Made by a program: the position numbers and the translations under genes
Assembly (NCBI GenBank): GCA_963696185.1
Contig: OY968825.1
Location: 1,244,412 to 1,308,411 of the forward strand
Direction: 5' to 3'
Source: an uncultured Solirubrobacterales bacterium
GTDB taxonomy: Bacteria > Actinomycetota > Thermoleophilia > Solirubrobacterales > 70-9
Length of the DNA: 64,000 bases
The notes under the pieces: generated by a model
Database searches by the model: none
The model's input: the letters and a program-made list of their open reading frames with translations, nothing else
What the model was told of the DNA's origin: nothing
Part shown: one piece after another, positions 50,531 through 60,122 of the stretch
Numbering within the stretch: position 1 is the first letter of the stretch
Layout of the letters: each line of letters begins with the position of its first letter

Positions 50531-51177
50531 GCGAAGCCGCCGTCGCCGTGCGCGGGCTGCGCCGCGACTTCGGCGAGCGGACCGCCCTCGACGGCGTCGA
50601 CCTCTCGCTGGTGGCGGGCGAGACGCTGCTCGTGCTGGGCCCCAACGGGGCGGGCAAGACGACGCTGCTGCGCATCCTCGCCACCCTGCTGCGCCCCAGC
50701 TCGGGCGAGGTGCGGGTGCTGGGCTGCTCGCTCCCCGGCGAGGCGTGGAGGCTGCGTGGCCGGGTCGGCTTCCTCGGCCACGAGCCGCTGCTCTACCGCG
50801 AGCTGAGCGGGCGCGAGAACCTGCGCTTCCACGCCCGCCTGCACGGGCTGCGGGGCGAGGCGGCCGAGGCGCGGATCGCGGCGCTGCTGGCCGCGGTCGG
50901 GATGGGGCGCCGCGCCGACGAGCGCGTCGCCGCTCTCTCCGCCGGCATGCGCCAGCGCCTGGCGATCTGCCGCTGCGTCCTGCACGAGCCCGGGCTGCTG
51001 CTGCTCGACGAGCCCGACTCCCACCTCGACGCCGAGGGCCGCGACCTCGCCGCGGCGCTGATCGGCCCCGCCGCCGGCCGCACCCGCGTCCTCGTCACCC
51101 ACGATCCCGAGCGGGCCCTGGCCGACGCCGACCAGGTGCTGCGGCTCGGCGCGGGCGGGGAGGTGCCGGTCGCGTGA
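50527..51177 (+). CDS. ccmA: Heme exporter ATP-binding protein CcmA (ABC)
   Basis: This is the in-frame tail of ORF 50260..51177. A TTG at 50527 overlaps the ALDH stop (TTGA); an alternative GTG is at 50548. Walker A GPNGAGKTTLL, signature LSAGMRQRLAICR, Walker B LLLLDEP. Confidence 0.75.
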   Translation: MSEAAVAVRGLRRDFGERTALDGVDLSLVAGETLLVLGPNGAGKTTLLRILATLLRPSSGEVRVLGCSLPGEAWRLRGRVGFLGHEPLLYRELSGRENLRFHARLHGLRGEAAEARIAALLAAVGMGRRADERVAALSAGMRQRLAICRCVLHEPGLLLLDEPDSHLDAEGRDLAAALIGPAAGRTRVLVTHDPERALADADQVLRLGAGGEVPVA

Positions 51178-51854
51178 CGCCCTTCCGCGCCGCCTTCGCC
51201 GCCATCCTCGGCAAGGACCTGCGCACCGAGCTGCGCACCCTCCAGTCGCTGCCCGCGATGGCGCTCTTCGCCGTCACCGCCTTCGTCATCTTCCGCTTCG
51301 GGCTCGACCGCACCAGCCTCGCCGGCAGCCTCGCAGCCGGGGTGCTGTGGGCGACGCTGCTCTTCGCGGCGCTGCTCGGCGTCAACCGCCTCTTCGTCGC
51401 CGAGCGGGAGGAAGGCGGCTTCGACGCGATCCGCCTCGCCCCGATCGACCGCACCGCGCTCTTCGCCGCGAAGGCGGTGGGGCTGCTCGTCTACCTGCTC
51501 GTCCTCGAGGCGATCGTCGTGCCCGTCTTCGCGCTCTTCTTCCTCGACTCGGTGGCGGCGCTGCCGCCGCTCGCCGCGGTCCTCGTCCTCGCCGACCTCG
51601 GCCTCGCCGCCACCGGCACGCTGATCTCCTCGATGGCCGTCCACTCGCGCGCCCGCGACCTGCTCGGGCCGCTCGTCCTGCTGCCCCTCGTCGTGCCGCT
51701 GATGATCGCCGCGAGCGGCGCCAGCGAGCCGCTGCTCGCCCTGGGCGGTCCCGGCTACCACCGCTTCGGCACCTGGCTTGCGGTGCTCGGCCTATACGAT
51801 TCGATCTTCCTCCTGGTCGGGTACGCCGTATTCGACTTCCTCCTGGAGGACTGA
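51174..51854 (+). CDS. ccmB: Heme exporter permease CcmB
   Basis: The GTG at 51174 overlaps the ccmA stop (GTGA), in the frame of ORF 50745..51854. VTPFRAAFAAILGKDLRTELRTLQSL...FVAEREEGGFDAIRLAP plus six hydrophobic segments fit CcmB. Confidence 0.75.
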   Translation: MTPFRAAFAAILGKDLRTELRTLQSLPAMALFAVTAFVIFRFGLDRTSLAGSLAAGVLWATLLFAALLGVNRLFVAEREEGGFDAIRLAPIDRTALFAAKAVGLLVYLLVLEAIVVPVFALFFLDSVAALPPLAAVLVLADLGLAATGTLISSMAVHSRARDLLGPLVLLPLVVPLMIAASGASEPLLALGGPGYHRFGTWLAVLGLYDSIFLLVGYAVFDFLLED

Positions 51855-51872
51855 GCGCGCCACTCCCTGACG

Positions 51873-52596
51873 ATGTACGGCAAAGGCCTTAGAACCCTCT
51901 CGATCGCGACCGTCGCGGCCCTCGCCGCGGCGCTCTCGCTCGTCTTCTTCTACGCGCCGCTCGACGGCGATCAGGGCTTCGTCCAGAAGATCTTCTACCT
52001 GCACGCGCCGCTGGCGATCACGGCGCTCGCCGGCTTCGTCGTCGGCGGCGTCTTCGCGATCGCCCACCTGCGCAGCGGCGACCGCCGCTGGGACGCCTGG
52101 TCCTACGTCTGCGATCCACCTCTCGGTGATCTTCGGCGTCGCGGTGCTGATCACCGGCTCGATCTGGGCCAAGGCCTCGTGGGGCCACTGGTGGGTCTGG
52201 AACGAGCCGACCCTGGTCAGCTTCCTGATCGTCTTCCTCCTCTACGCGACCTACTACCCCTTCCGCTACGCGATCGAGGACCCCGAGCGGCAGGCCCGCT
52301 ATGCCTCGGTCTTCGCGATCGTCGCCGGCGCCTTCGTGCCGCTCAACTTCCTCGCCGTGCGGCTCGCCCAGAGCCTCGTCCACCCGCGCGTCTTCGCCAC
52401 CGCCAGCGGCGGCCTGCCCGGCTCGATGCTGCTCACCTTCCTCGTCTGCCTCGTCGCGATCGCGCTGCTCTGGGTGACCCTGGTCAAGCTCGAGCTGACC
52501 GCGAAGAGCGCCTCCGGGCAGCTGAAGCGCCTGCGCCGCGCCCTCGACGCCCCCGCGACGGGCGGCGCCTCGCGCGTCGCGCCGGAGGTGCTCTAG
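51873..52596 (+). pseudogene. ccmC: Heme exporter protein CcmC, one apparent frameshift near 52110-52125
   Basis: ORF 51873..52883 holds the N-terminus (FVQKIFYLHAPLAITALAG). ORF 52126..52596 holds ITGSIWAKASWGHWWVWNEPTLVSFLIVFLLY (Trp-rich WWD-type motif) and LVHPRVF (second conserved His). Confidence 0.75.
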
Positions 52597-52818
52597 GTGG
52601 CGGCTTGGCTGCTTGCGAGCGCCCCCGCGCTGCCACTCGGCGAAGCGGGCAGGTACGTCGCCGGCGCCTACGTCGTCTTCCTCGTGCTGATCGTCGTCTA
52701 CGTGGCGATCATGGCGGCGAAGCTGCAGCGGATCGAGCGCGAGCTGCGCGAGCTGACCAGCCTCGCCGAGCAGCGCAACGGCAAGGGGGACCGGGGGCGG
52801 GTGACCGCCGATGTCTGA
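52597..52818 (+). CDS. ccmD: CcmD-like small membrane protein
   Basis: ORF 52597..52818; the GTG start directly follows the ccmC stop. It has a single TM helix followed by a basic helix: YVAGAYVVFLVLIVVYVAIMAAKLQRIERELREL. Confidence 0.55.
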   Translation: MAAWLLASAPALPLGEAGRYVAGAYVVFLVLIVVYVAIMAAKLQRIERELRELTSLAEQRNGKGDRGRVTADV

Positions 52819-54148
52819 GCTGCTCGCGCTCGGCGTCAACCACAAGACCGCGCCGCTCGTGCTGCGCGAGCGGCTCTCGCTGACGGAGAGCAGCGCGGTG
52901 GACGCGCTGCGCGAGCTGACCGACGCCGAGGAGATCCACGAGGCGGCGACGATCTCCACCTGCAATCGCACCGAGCTCTACCTGGTCGTCTCCGACCCGG
53001 TGGAAGCCGAGTCGAGCGCGCTGGGCGTGCTCACCCGCCACGCCGAGATCCGCCCCACCGAGCTGCTCGGCCACCTCTACTCGCTGCGCGCCGGCGAGGC
53101 CGCCCACCACCTCTTCCGCGTCACCGCCGGGCTCGACTCGATGATCATCGGCGAGGCCGAGATCCAGGGCCAGGTGAAGCGCGCCTACGAGCTGGCGCTC
53201 GTCGAGGACGCGACCGGGCCGATCCTCAACCGCCTCTTCCGCGGCGCCCTCGCCGCCGGCGGCCGGGTCCGCGAGCAGACCGGGATCGGCGAGAAAGGGC
53301 TCTCGATCCCCTCGATCGCGGTCGAGCTGGCGCGCCGCGCCCTCGGCGAGCTCGACGAGCGGCGGGTGCTGGTGATCGGCGCCGGCGAGACCGCCGAGCT
53401 GGTCGCGAAGGCGCTGGTCGCGCGCGGCGTCTCCACCGTCTTCATCGCCAACCGGCGCTACGACCGGGCGATCGGCCTCGCGCAGCGCCTCGGTGGCGAG
53501 GCGGTCCGCTTCGACGACATGCCCGAGCAGCTGCGCAGCGCCGACATCGTCGTCTCCGCCACCCATTCCCCGCACCACATCGTCGAGCGCGACGAGCTCG
53601 AGCACGTGATGAAGGCGCGTGGGGACAGGCCGCTGCTGCTGGTCGACATCGCCGTCCCCCGCGACATCGAGCCGGCCTGCCGCGAGGTCGCCGGCGTCGA
53701 CCTCCATGACATCGACGACGTGCAGCGGATCGTCGAGCGCAACGCCGGCGGGCGGGAGCGGGAGGCGGAGCGGGCGGAGCCGATCCTCGCCGCCGAGCTG
53801 GACCGCTTCGAGCGCTGGCTCGCCTCGCTGGAGGCGGTGCCGACGATCGCCGCGCTGCGCGGGCGGGCCGACGAGGTGGTGCGCCGCGTGCTGGCCGAGA
53901 ACGAGGGCCGCTGGGAGAGCCTCAGCGAGGCCGACCGCGAGCGGCTCGGGGCGATGGCCAAGGCGATCGCCTCCCGACTCCTGCACGAGCCGACCCTGCG
54001 GATGAAGCGCTCCGCGGGCGGCGACGACGCCTACCTCTACGTCAGCGCCCTGCGCGAGCTGTTCGGCCTCGACGCCGAGACCGAGCCGGAGGAAGAGGCG
54101 GGGGGCAAGGTCACCGAGCTGCGCCGCAAGGGCCGCGAGTCGGCCTGA
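52811..54148 (+). CDS. hemA: Glutamyl-tRNA reductase
   Basis: ORF 52811..54148 overlaps ccmD by 8 nt. Contains LLALGVNHKTAPLVLRE, ISTCNRTELY, GLDSMIIGEAEIQGQVK, VLVIGAGETAEL. Confidence 0.9.
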   Translation: MSELLALGVNHKTAPLVLRERLSLTESSAVDALRELTDAEEIHEAATISTCNRTELYLVVSDPVEAESSALGVLTRHAEIRPTELLGHLYSLRAGEAAHHLFRVTAGLDSMIIGEAEIQGQVKRAYELALVEDATGPILNRLFRGALAAGGRVREQTGIGEKGLSIPSIAVELARRALGELDERRVLVIGAGETAELVAKALVARGVSTVFIANRRYDRAIGLAQRLGGEAVRFDDMPEQLRSADIVVSATHSPHHIVERDELEHVMKARGDRPLLLVDIAVPRDIEPACREVAGVDLHDIDDVQRIVERNAGGREREAERAEPILAAELDRFERWLASLEAVPTIAALRGRADEVVRRVLAENEGRWESLSEADRERLGAMAKAIASRLLHEPTLRMKRSAGGDDAYLYVSALRELFGLDAETEPEEEAGGKVTELRRKGRESA

Positions 54149-54153
54149 CGGCT

Positions 54154-55086
54154 GTGGCGCTGCGGCTGGCAACAAGGGGCAGTGCGCTGGCGCTGGCGCA
54201 GTCGCGGCAGGTGGCGGAGCTGCTCGGCGGGGCCGAGCTGGTCGAGGTCTCCTCCGACGGCGAGCCCGGCGACAAGGCCCGCTTCGTGCGCGGCGTCGAA
54301 CGGGCGCTGCTCGGCGGCGAGGCCGAGATCGGCGTCCACTCGGCCAAGGACCTGCCGGCCGAGATGGCGGACGGCCTGGCGATCGCAGCGGTGCCGGCCC
54401 GCGAGGATCCCGCCGACGTCTGGATCGGCATCGGCTCCTCGCTCGACGAGGTTCCCGAAGGCGCCCGGGTGGGCACGGCCAGCCTGCGCCGCCGCGCCCA
54501 GCTGCTCGCCGCCCGGCCCGACCTGCGGGTGAGCGAGCTGCACGGCAACGTCGACACCAGGCTGCGAAAGCTCTCCGAGGGCGAGCTGGACGCGATCGTC
54601 CTCGCCGCCGCTGGCCTGCGGCGGCTGGGGCGCGAGGCGGAGGCCTCCTTCGCGATCCCCGCCGAGCTGATGACCCCGGCCGCCGGCCAGGGCGCGCTGG
54701 TGCTCCAGGCGCGGGCCGGCGACGCGGCGGCGGAGGAGGCCGTGGCGGCGCTCGGCGACGAGACGGCGCTGCGCGAGCTGACCGCGGAGCGCGCCGCCGT
54801 CGCCCTGCTGGAGGCGACCTGCGCAACCCCGATCGGCGTCCACGCGAGGATGACGAACGCCCCGGCATCGCCATCCCCCAGCGAGGGCGAATCGAGCGGC
54901 GACGGGGAGATCCTCGTCGTCGAGGCCTTCGTCGGCCTCCCGGACGGCAGCGAGTGGATCCGCGATCGGGTCGAGGGCGAGGCCGGGGAGCCGGCGGCGC
55001 TCGGCGCCGCGCTGGCCGAGCGCCTGCTGGCCGCGGGCGCCCGCGACATCCTCGACCGCGCCGAGCAGTGGAGCGAACGTGTTTGA
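54154..55086 (+). CDS. hemC: Hydroxymethylbilane synthase (porphobilinogen deaminase)
   Basis: ORF 54154..55086 (GTG start). Contains LRLATRGSALALAQ, VHSAKDLP, GNVDTRLRKL, AAAGLRRLG, LPAAGQGAL-type PAAGQGALVLQ. Confidence 0.9.
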   Translation: MALRLATRGSALALAQSRQVAELLGGAELVEVSSDGEPGDKARFVRGVERALLGGEAEIGVHSAKDLPAEMADGLAIAAVPAREDPADVWIGIGSSLDEVPEGARVGTASLRRRAQLLAARPDLRVSELHGNVDTRLRKLSEGELDAIVLAAAGLRRLGREAEASFAIPAELMTPAAGQGALVLQARAGDAAAEEAVAALGDETALRELTAERAAVALLEATCATPIGVHARMTNAPASPSPSEGESSGDGEILVVEAFVGLPDGSEWIRDRVEGEAGEPAALGAALAERLLAAGARDILDRAEQWSERV

Positions 55087-55087
55087 G

Positions 55088-55118
55088 TTTGACCCCCCTA
55101 TAGCGTGGTCAAAGTCGG
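55088..55118. repeat. Intergenic palindromic repeat, copy A (TTTGACC...GGTCAAAGTCGG)
   Basis: TTTGACCCCCCTATAGCGTGGTCAAAGTCGG lies directly after the hemC stop. It resembles 63125-63154: identical 12-mer GGTCAAAGTCGG, shared TTTG and CCCC, and both copies self-complementary. Confidence 0.5.
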
Positions 55119-55140
55119 CAGAGGTGCCGGGAGGGGACGG

Positions 55141-56695
55141 ATGAGCGCCCGGCGGGGGGTCGTCTACCTGGTCGGCGCCGGGCCCGGCGATCCCGGCCTG
55201 ATGACGGCGCGCTCGCTGGAGCTGATCGCATCCGCCGACGCGATCTTCTACGACCGTCTCATCCCGCCCGGCGCGCTCGACGGCGCCCGCGAGGACGCCG
55301 AGCTGGTCTTCGTCGGCAAGGCGCCGGGCGCCCACGCCGTCCCCCAGGAGGAGATCGGCGCGCGGCTGGTCGAGGCGGGGCAGGCCGGCCGCAGCGTCGT
55401 CCGCCTCAAGGGCGGCGACCCCTTCGTCTTCGGGCGCGGCGGCGAGGAGGGCGAAGCGCTGCGCGCCGCCGGGGTCGAGTTCGAGGTCGTGCCGGGCGTC
55501 ACCGCCGGCGTCGCGGCGCCCGCCTACGCGGGCATCCCCGTCACCCACCGCGACGACGCCTCGGCCGTCGCCTTCGTCACCGGCCATGAGGATCCCGACA
55601 AGGACGAGACGGCCCTCGACTGGGAGGCGCTGGCCCGCTTCCCCGGCACCCTCGTCTTCTACATGGGCGTCAAGCGGCTGGCCGCCAACGCGGCGGCGCT
55701 GATCGCCGCCGGCCGCGATCCGGACGAGCCTGCTGCCGCGGTCGAGCGGGGCACGCGGGACGACCAGCGCACCGTCGTCGCGACGCTCGGCACGCTCGCC
55801 GAGGCGGTCGAGCGGGAGCGGGTCGGCGCCCCGGCGCTGATCGTCGTCGGCCCGGTCGTCGCGCGGCGCGAGTCGCTCGCCTGGCTGGAGCGCCGCCCCC
55901 TGCACCGGCGCCGCGTCGTCGTCACCCGCGCCCGCGCCCAGGCCAGCGGCCTCGCCGCGACGCTGCGCGGGCTCGGCGCCGAGGTCGTCGAGCTGCCGGC
56001 GATCCGGATCGAGCCGCGCATCGGCAGCGAGGAGGTGCGCCGCGCCGTCGAGCGAATCGGCGAGTACGCCCTCGTCTGCCTCACGAGCCCGAACGGCGTG
56101 CACCTGCTCTTCGAGGCGCTGGCGGCCACCGGCCTCGATGCAAGGGCGTTGGGCGGGCCGAAGGAGAAGCAGGTAGAGGACGCGGCGGAAGCGGGCGCCG
56201 CCGGCACGACCGTCGCCGCAATCGGGCCCGGCACCGCGCGCGCGCTCGGCGAGCACGGCATCGTCGCCGACGTCGTTCCGGAGCGCTTCGTCGCCGAGGC
56301 GCTGGTCGAGGCGCTGGCCGGAGTCGAGGTCGAGGGCCGCCGCGTCCTGATCGCCCGCGCCGCCGAGGCGCGCGACGTCCTCCCCGAGGCGCTGCGCGAG
56401 CGCGGCGCCGAGGTCGACGTCGTCGCCCTCTACGAGACGGTGCGCGAGGAGCCGGCGCCGGAGGCGGTCGAGGCCGCCCAGGGCGCCGACTACGTCACCT
56501 TCACCTCCTCCTCGACGGTTCGCAACCTGGTCGGACGCCCTCGGCGAGCGACTTCCCGGCCGCGAGCCCGCGTCGTCTCGATCGGCCCGGTCACCAGCGA
56601 GGCGGCCCGCGCCGCCGGCCTCGAGGTCCACGTCGGAGGCCGAGCGCCACGACGTCGACGGCCTCCTCGAGGCCCTGCTCGCCGACGCGCGGTGA
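55141..56695 (+). pseudogene. Fused uroporphyrinogen-III C-methyltransferase / uroporphyrinogen-III synthase (CobA-HemD), apparent frameshifts near the 3' end
   Basis: In ORF 55105..57120 I prefer the ATG at 55141 (MSARRGVVYLVGAGPGDPGL..., VVRLKGGDPFVFGRGGEE, VPGVTAG). HemD part: RRVVVTRARAQASGLA...FTSSSTVRN. My corrected end is ...VVSIGPVTSEAARAAGLEVHVEAERHDVDGLLEALLADAR* with the stop at 56693-56695. Confidence 0.85.
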
Positions 56696-56697
56696 CC

Positions 56698-56734
56698 CGG
56701 TCGTCATCGTCGTGGATGCGTGAAATGACGACCG
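56698..56734. other. Hairpin (10-bp perfect stem CGGTCGTCAT/ATGACGACCG, 17-nt loop) spanning the birA start region
   Basis: Read directly. It starts 3 nt after the cobA-hemD stop. The right arm contains the second birA ATG (56725-27), and the first ATG (56716-18) is in the loop. Confidence 0.5.
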
Positions 56735-57462
56735 AGTTGGTAAGCTTCGGCGCCCTGCACAGGCACTTCCGCGCCACCGACTCCACCAACGCCCGCGCCC
56801 GCGAGCTGGCCGAGGCTGGCGCGCCGCACGGCACCGTCGTCACCGCCGGACGAGCAGAGCGCCGGCCGCGGCCGTCAGGGCCGCAGCTGGACGGCGCCGC
56901 CCGGCAGGGCCCTCCTCTACTCGGCGATCCTGCGCCCGCTCGACGAGCGCCACCTGCTGCTGCCGCTCGCCATCGCCGCTCGCCGTCTGCGAGGCAGCCG
57001 AGGCAGCTCGCGAGCCGGGATCGAGTGCCGGATCAAGTGGCCGAACGACGTCTGGCTGGAGGGCCGCAAGCTGGCCGGCGTGCTGATCGAGGCGAAGCCG
57101 CAGAGACGGCTGGGCGGTGATCGGCGTCGGCCTCAACCTGACGATCGGGCCAGACGAGTTCCCGCCCGAGCTCCGCGACGGCGCCATCTCCCTTGCCCCC
57201 GCTCCCACCCATGCAGGGATCAAGAGACAGGCGCACGCGGAAGCAGCTGGACGCCGCGGCTGGGGCGCTGGGTCGAAGCGGATGAGCAGACGATCCTCGC
57301 CGCCTGGCGGGAGCGCGACGCGCTGCGCGGTCGCGAGGTTGCCTGGGAGGGCGGCTCAGGAGTCGCCGACGGCGTCGACGACCGGGGCCGCCTCGCTCGT
57401 CATCGTCCCCGGCGGCGACCGCGTCGCTGCTCGGCGCCGGCGAGGTCCACCTCAGCCTCTGA
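56716..57462 (+). pseudogene. birA: Biotin--[acetyl-CoA-carboxylase] ligase, many apparent frameshifts
   Basis: MREMTTELVSFGALHRHFRATDSTNARARELA (tail of ORF 55105..57120). Shifted frame DEQSAGRGRQGRSWTAPPGRALLYSAILRP (GRGRxGRxW signature). Then ECRIKWPNDVWLEGRKLAGVLIEA and VIGVGLNL (ORFs 57080.. and 57117..). My end is ...LLGAGEVHLSL* at 57460-57462. Confidence 0.8.
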
Positions 57463-59966
57463 GCCGTTCTCGGCGAAGTCCGCCCCGGCCTCCACGTCGT
57501 CGTCGGCGCCCGCGGCCTCGCCGTTCTCGGCGGCCACCTTTCCAGCCGCCGCCTCGGCGCCCTTCCCCGCCTCCCCCTTGCCGCCGCGCTTGCGCCGCCG
57601 CTTGCCGCCCTTCGGGAAGTTCCGCAGCAGCTCCCGCGCGATCGCCGAGGGTTTCCGCGCCATCCGCATCCGCGCCCCGCGCAGCACCTCCTCGCCCTCG
57701 GGCGTGTGCGAGACCGCCGCGGCCAGCAGCGCCACCGCCAGCCGCCGATCCTGTTTGCGCGCCGCGTGCACCAGCCGCCGCGCGTTGCGCCCGTGCGCCC
57801 GCCCCGAGGAGTTGACCAGCAGGCCCAGCAGCCGCTTCGTCTCCGGCCAGCGCTGCACCGCGTACTCCTCGTGCAGCTCGCGCGTGTAGGAGGCGAGCCG
57901 CCAGACCCACGCCTGCGCCTGGTCGCGGCGCCCGATCCGCTTGTCGACCAGCGCCTGCAGCAGCGTCTTCGTCCCCGCCCGCTTGTCGTCGCGGCTCCAG
58001 GTGCCGACGATGTCGATCGCGTCGTCGAAGGCCTCGGGGTCGCGCAGGTCGGCGATCTCCGCCAGCGCTTTCAGCCGCAGCTGCGAGTTGCGGTTGCGCT
58101 GCACGCAGGTCAGCAGGAAGCGGCGCCGCAGCTCCTTGGTCTGGTCGTTCTGGAGCATCGCCCGCGCCCGCCGCCAGCCCTGCGGGTTGACCCGCGCCCC
58201 GGCCAGCGCCGCCCAGGCGTGCTGCTCGGGGTAGTCGAGGTTCTCGACCGCGATCCGCCAGATCTCCCGTTCGAGCACCTCCATGCGGCGCTCCTCCTTG
58301 TCGGAGACGGGGACGATCCGCCGCTCGACCCGCACCTGGCGGCCGCGCCCGCGCCGCACCGGCCCGACCACGATCGCGCCGCCGCGGTAGACGTCGCGGT
58401 CGAGCAGGCTGTGCAGGGTGACGATCGTCTCGTCGTGGGTGGTCGCGGGATGGACGAAGTCGATCACCAGGCCCGCCTCCTTGCCCGGCGCGCGGCGGGT
58501 CACGCGGCCGACCCGCTGCTGGTAGACCCGCCGCGAGGCGGTCGGCGCCAGGTGCATGCAGATCGTCGCCCGCGGCGAGTTCCAGCCCTCGGCCAGCAGC
58601 ATCGCGTTGCAGAGCACGTCGACCTCGCCGCGCTCGAAGGCGGCGAGGATCTCGGCCAGCTCGCGCTTCGGCGTCTCCCCGGAGACGGCCCGCGCCACGA
58701 TCCCCGCGTTCCGGAAGCGCCTTGGCGACGTTCTTTGCGTGCTGCACGCCGGCCGTGTAGAGGACGCCCGGCACCTTGCGGAAGCGCGACTTGTAGAGGT
58801 CGGCGATCGCCACGTTGAAGGGCTCCTGGTCGAGCAGCGCGGCCAGCTCCTCCTGGTCGAAGTCCTGGTCGACCTCGCCTTTGCGCAGCGGCACCTTGGC
58901 GATCGTCCGCACCCCCGGCCCGGGCGGGATGCGCAGGCAGCGCAGCGGCGAGATGACGCCGCGCCGCGCCGCCTGGGCGAGGTCGAAGCGCGAGGTCTGG
59001 GTCGGGAAGAGGTCGGCGACGTGGCGCGCGATCAGCGCCCCCGTCGCGGTCATCCCGATGAAGACGGGGCCGGTCCAGGCGCGGATGCAGGCGCTGGTTT
59101 TCTCGCCCAGCGCGGTGTGGGCCTCGTCGCAGATCACGATCGAGTAGGCGTCGGAGATCGCGCTTGTGGTTGCGGACGAACCACTGGTAGGTCTCGACCG
59201 TGACCGGCCCGTCGGGGTCGTCGCGGCCGTCGAGCAGCGGCGGGCGCAGCCGCTCCTTGTAGCCGCGGTCGGAGATCTCGCCGATGAACTGGTCGACCAG
59301 GTTGCGGCGGTGGGTGAGGATCAGGACGCCGCCGGTGCGGGAGGCGTCGATGAAGCCGACCGCGGCGACCGTCTTGCCGGCGCCGGTCGCGTGCTCGAAC
59401 CAGAAGCGCCGCTCGGCGCCGGGGTCCTCCGGTGCCTCCTCGACGACCTCCTCGTCCTCGGCCGCGGCTCCTCCCAGTCCTGGGGCTCCTCGTCGGGGGC
59501 GAGCTCCTCGTCCTCCTCGCCTCGTCGGCGGTCGCCTCGCTCCTCCAGCTCGTCCCCGTCCCCTCGAGCCTCGCCGTCGACGGAGGCGCCGGCCGTTGCG
59601 CCGCTCCTTCGGCCGCGCCGCCTGCTGCTCGGCCATCAGCTCGGTCAGCGTCCCCGAGAGCGCGTCGACCTGGTGCGGGTTCAGCTCGGCCCCGTCGCGC
59701 AGCTTCGGCGGCTCCTCGGCGAGCAGCCGCTCCAGCCCCAGCAGCAGGGAGAAGTCGCGGCGCCACTGGATCGAGGGCGCCTCGGCCCCCTCGTCGAGCT
59801 CCTTCAGCGCCGCGTCGAGGGCGCGGCGCCGTGCCGTCCCCGGCGCCAGCGCCTCCGGCCCCTCGCCGTCGAGCAGGAACGGCTCGCGGGCGAACTCCGC
59901 CGCGCGCTCGATATCGGCGCTTGAAGGAACTGCCGCTCGCGCGGCAACTTCGCTGGTCTTGGCCAT
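57400..59966 (-). pseudogene. Superfamily-2 DEAD/DEAH-box helicase (type III restriction Res-subunit-like core) with a long C-terminal extension, many apparent frameshifts
   Basis: ORF 58500..59966 (NPHQVDALS..., FWFEHATGAGKTVAAVGFI motif I, VLILTHRRNLVDQF). ORF 57452..59137 (ICDEAHTALGEKT motif II, FIGMTATG motif III). ORF 57400..58698 (VDVLCNAMLLAEGWNSP, QRVGRVTRR motif VI, then about 300 aa of unknown domain and a Lys/Gly-rich tail). The 3' end is uncertain. Confidence 0.75.
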
Positions 59967-60122
59967 GAAGGCTTGTGGGTCCGCTCCCAGCCGAGACGCG
60001 AGACGTGCGGCCGGGACAAGTTGGACGAGGATGCCGGGGGTTCGCTTTCCCTCCCCCCGGCGATCTCAGCGGCCCGCATACCGAGCGGACCGAACGGTAC
60101 GTATTGTAATCACCGAGATCGG

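Noticed and set aside
52709-56631. Two giant minus-strand ORFs (52709..54874, 721 aa; 54037..56631, 864 aa) antisense to hemA, hemC and cobA-hemD.
   Set aside because: Same reasoning. They are Arg/Ala/Gly/Pro-rich with no motifs, and they lie opposite intact, clearly recognisable heme-biosynthesis genes.
57400-57462. The ~60-nt overlap of the convergent birA and helicase 3' ends, as a possible antisense regulatory arrangement.
   Set aside because: Both 3' ends lie in heavily frameshifted sequence. The helicase stop at 57400 is just the end of one ORF-track frame and may not be the true stop.
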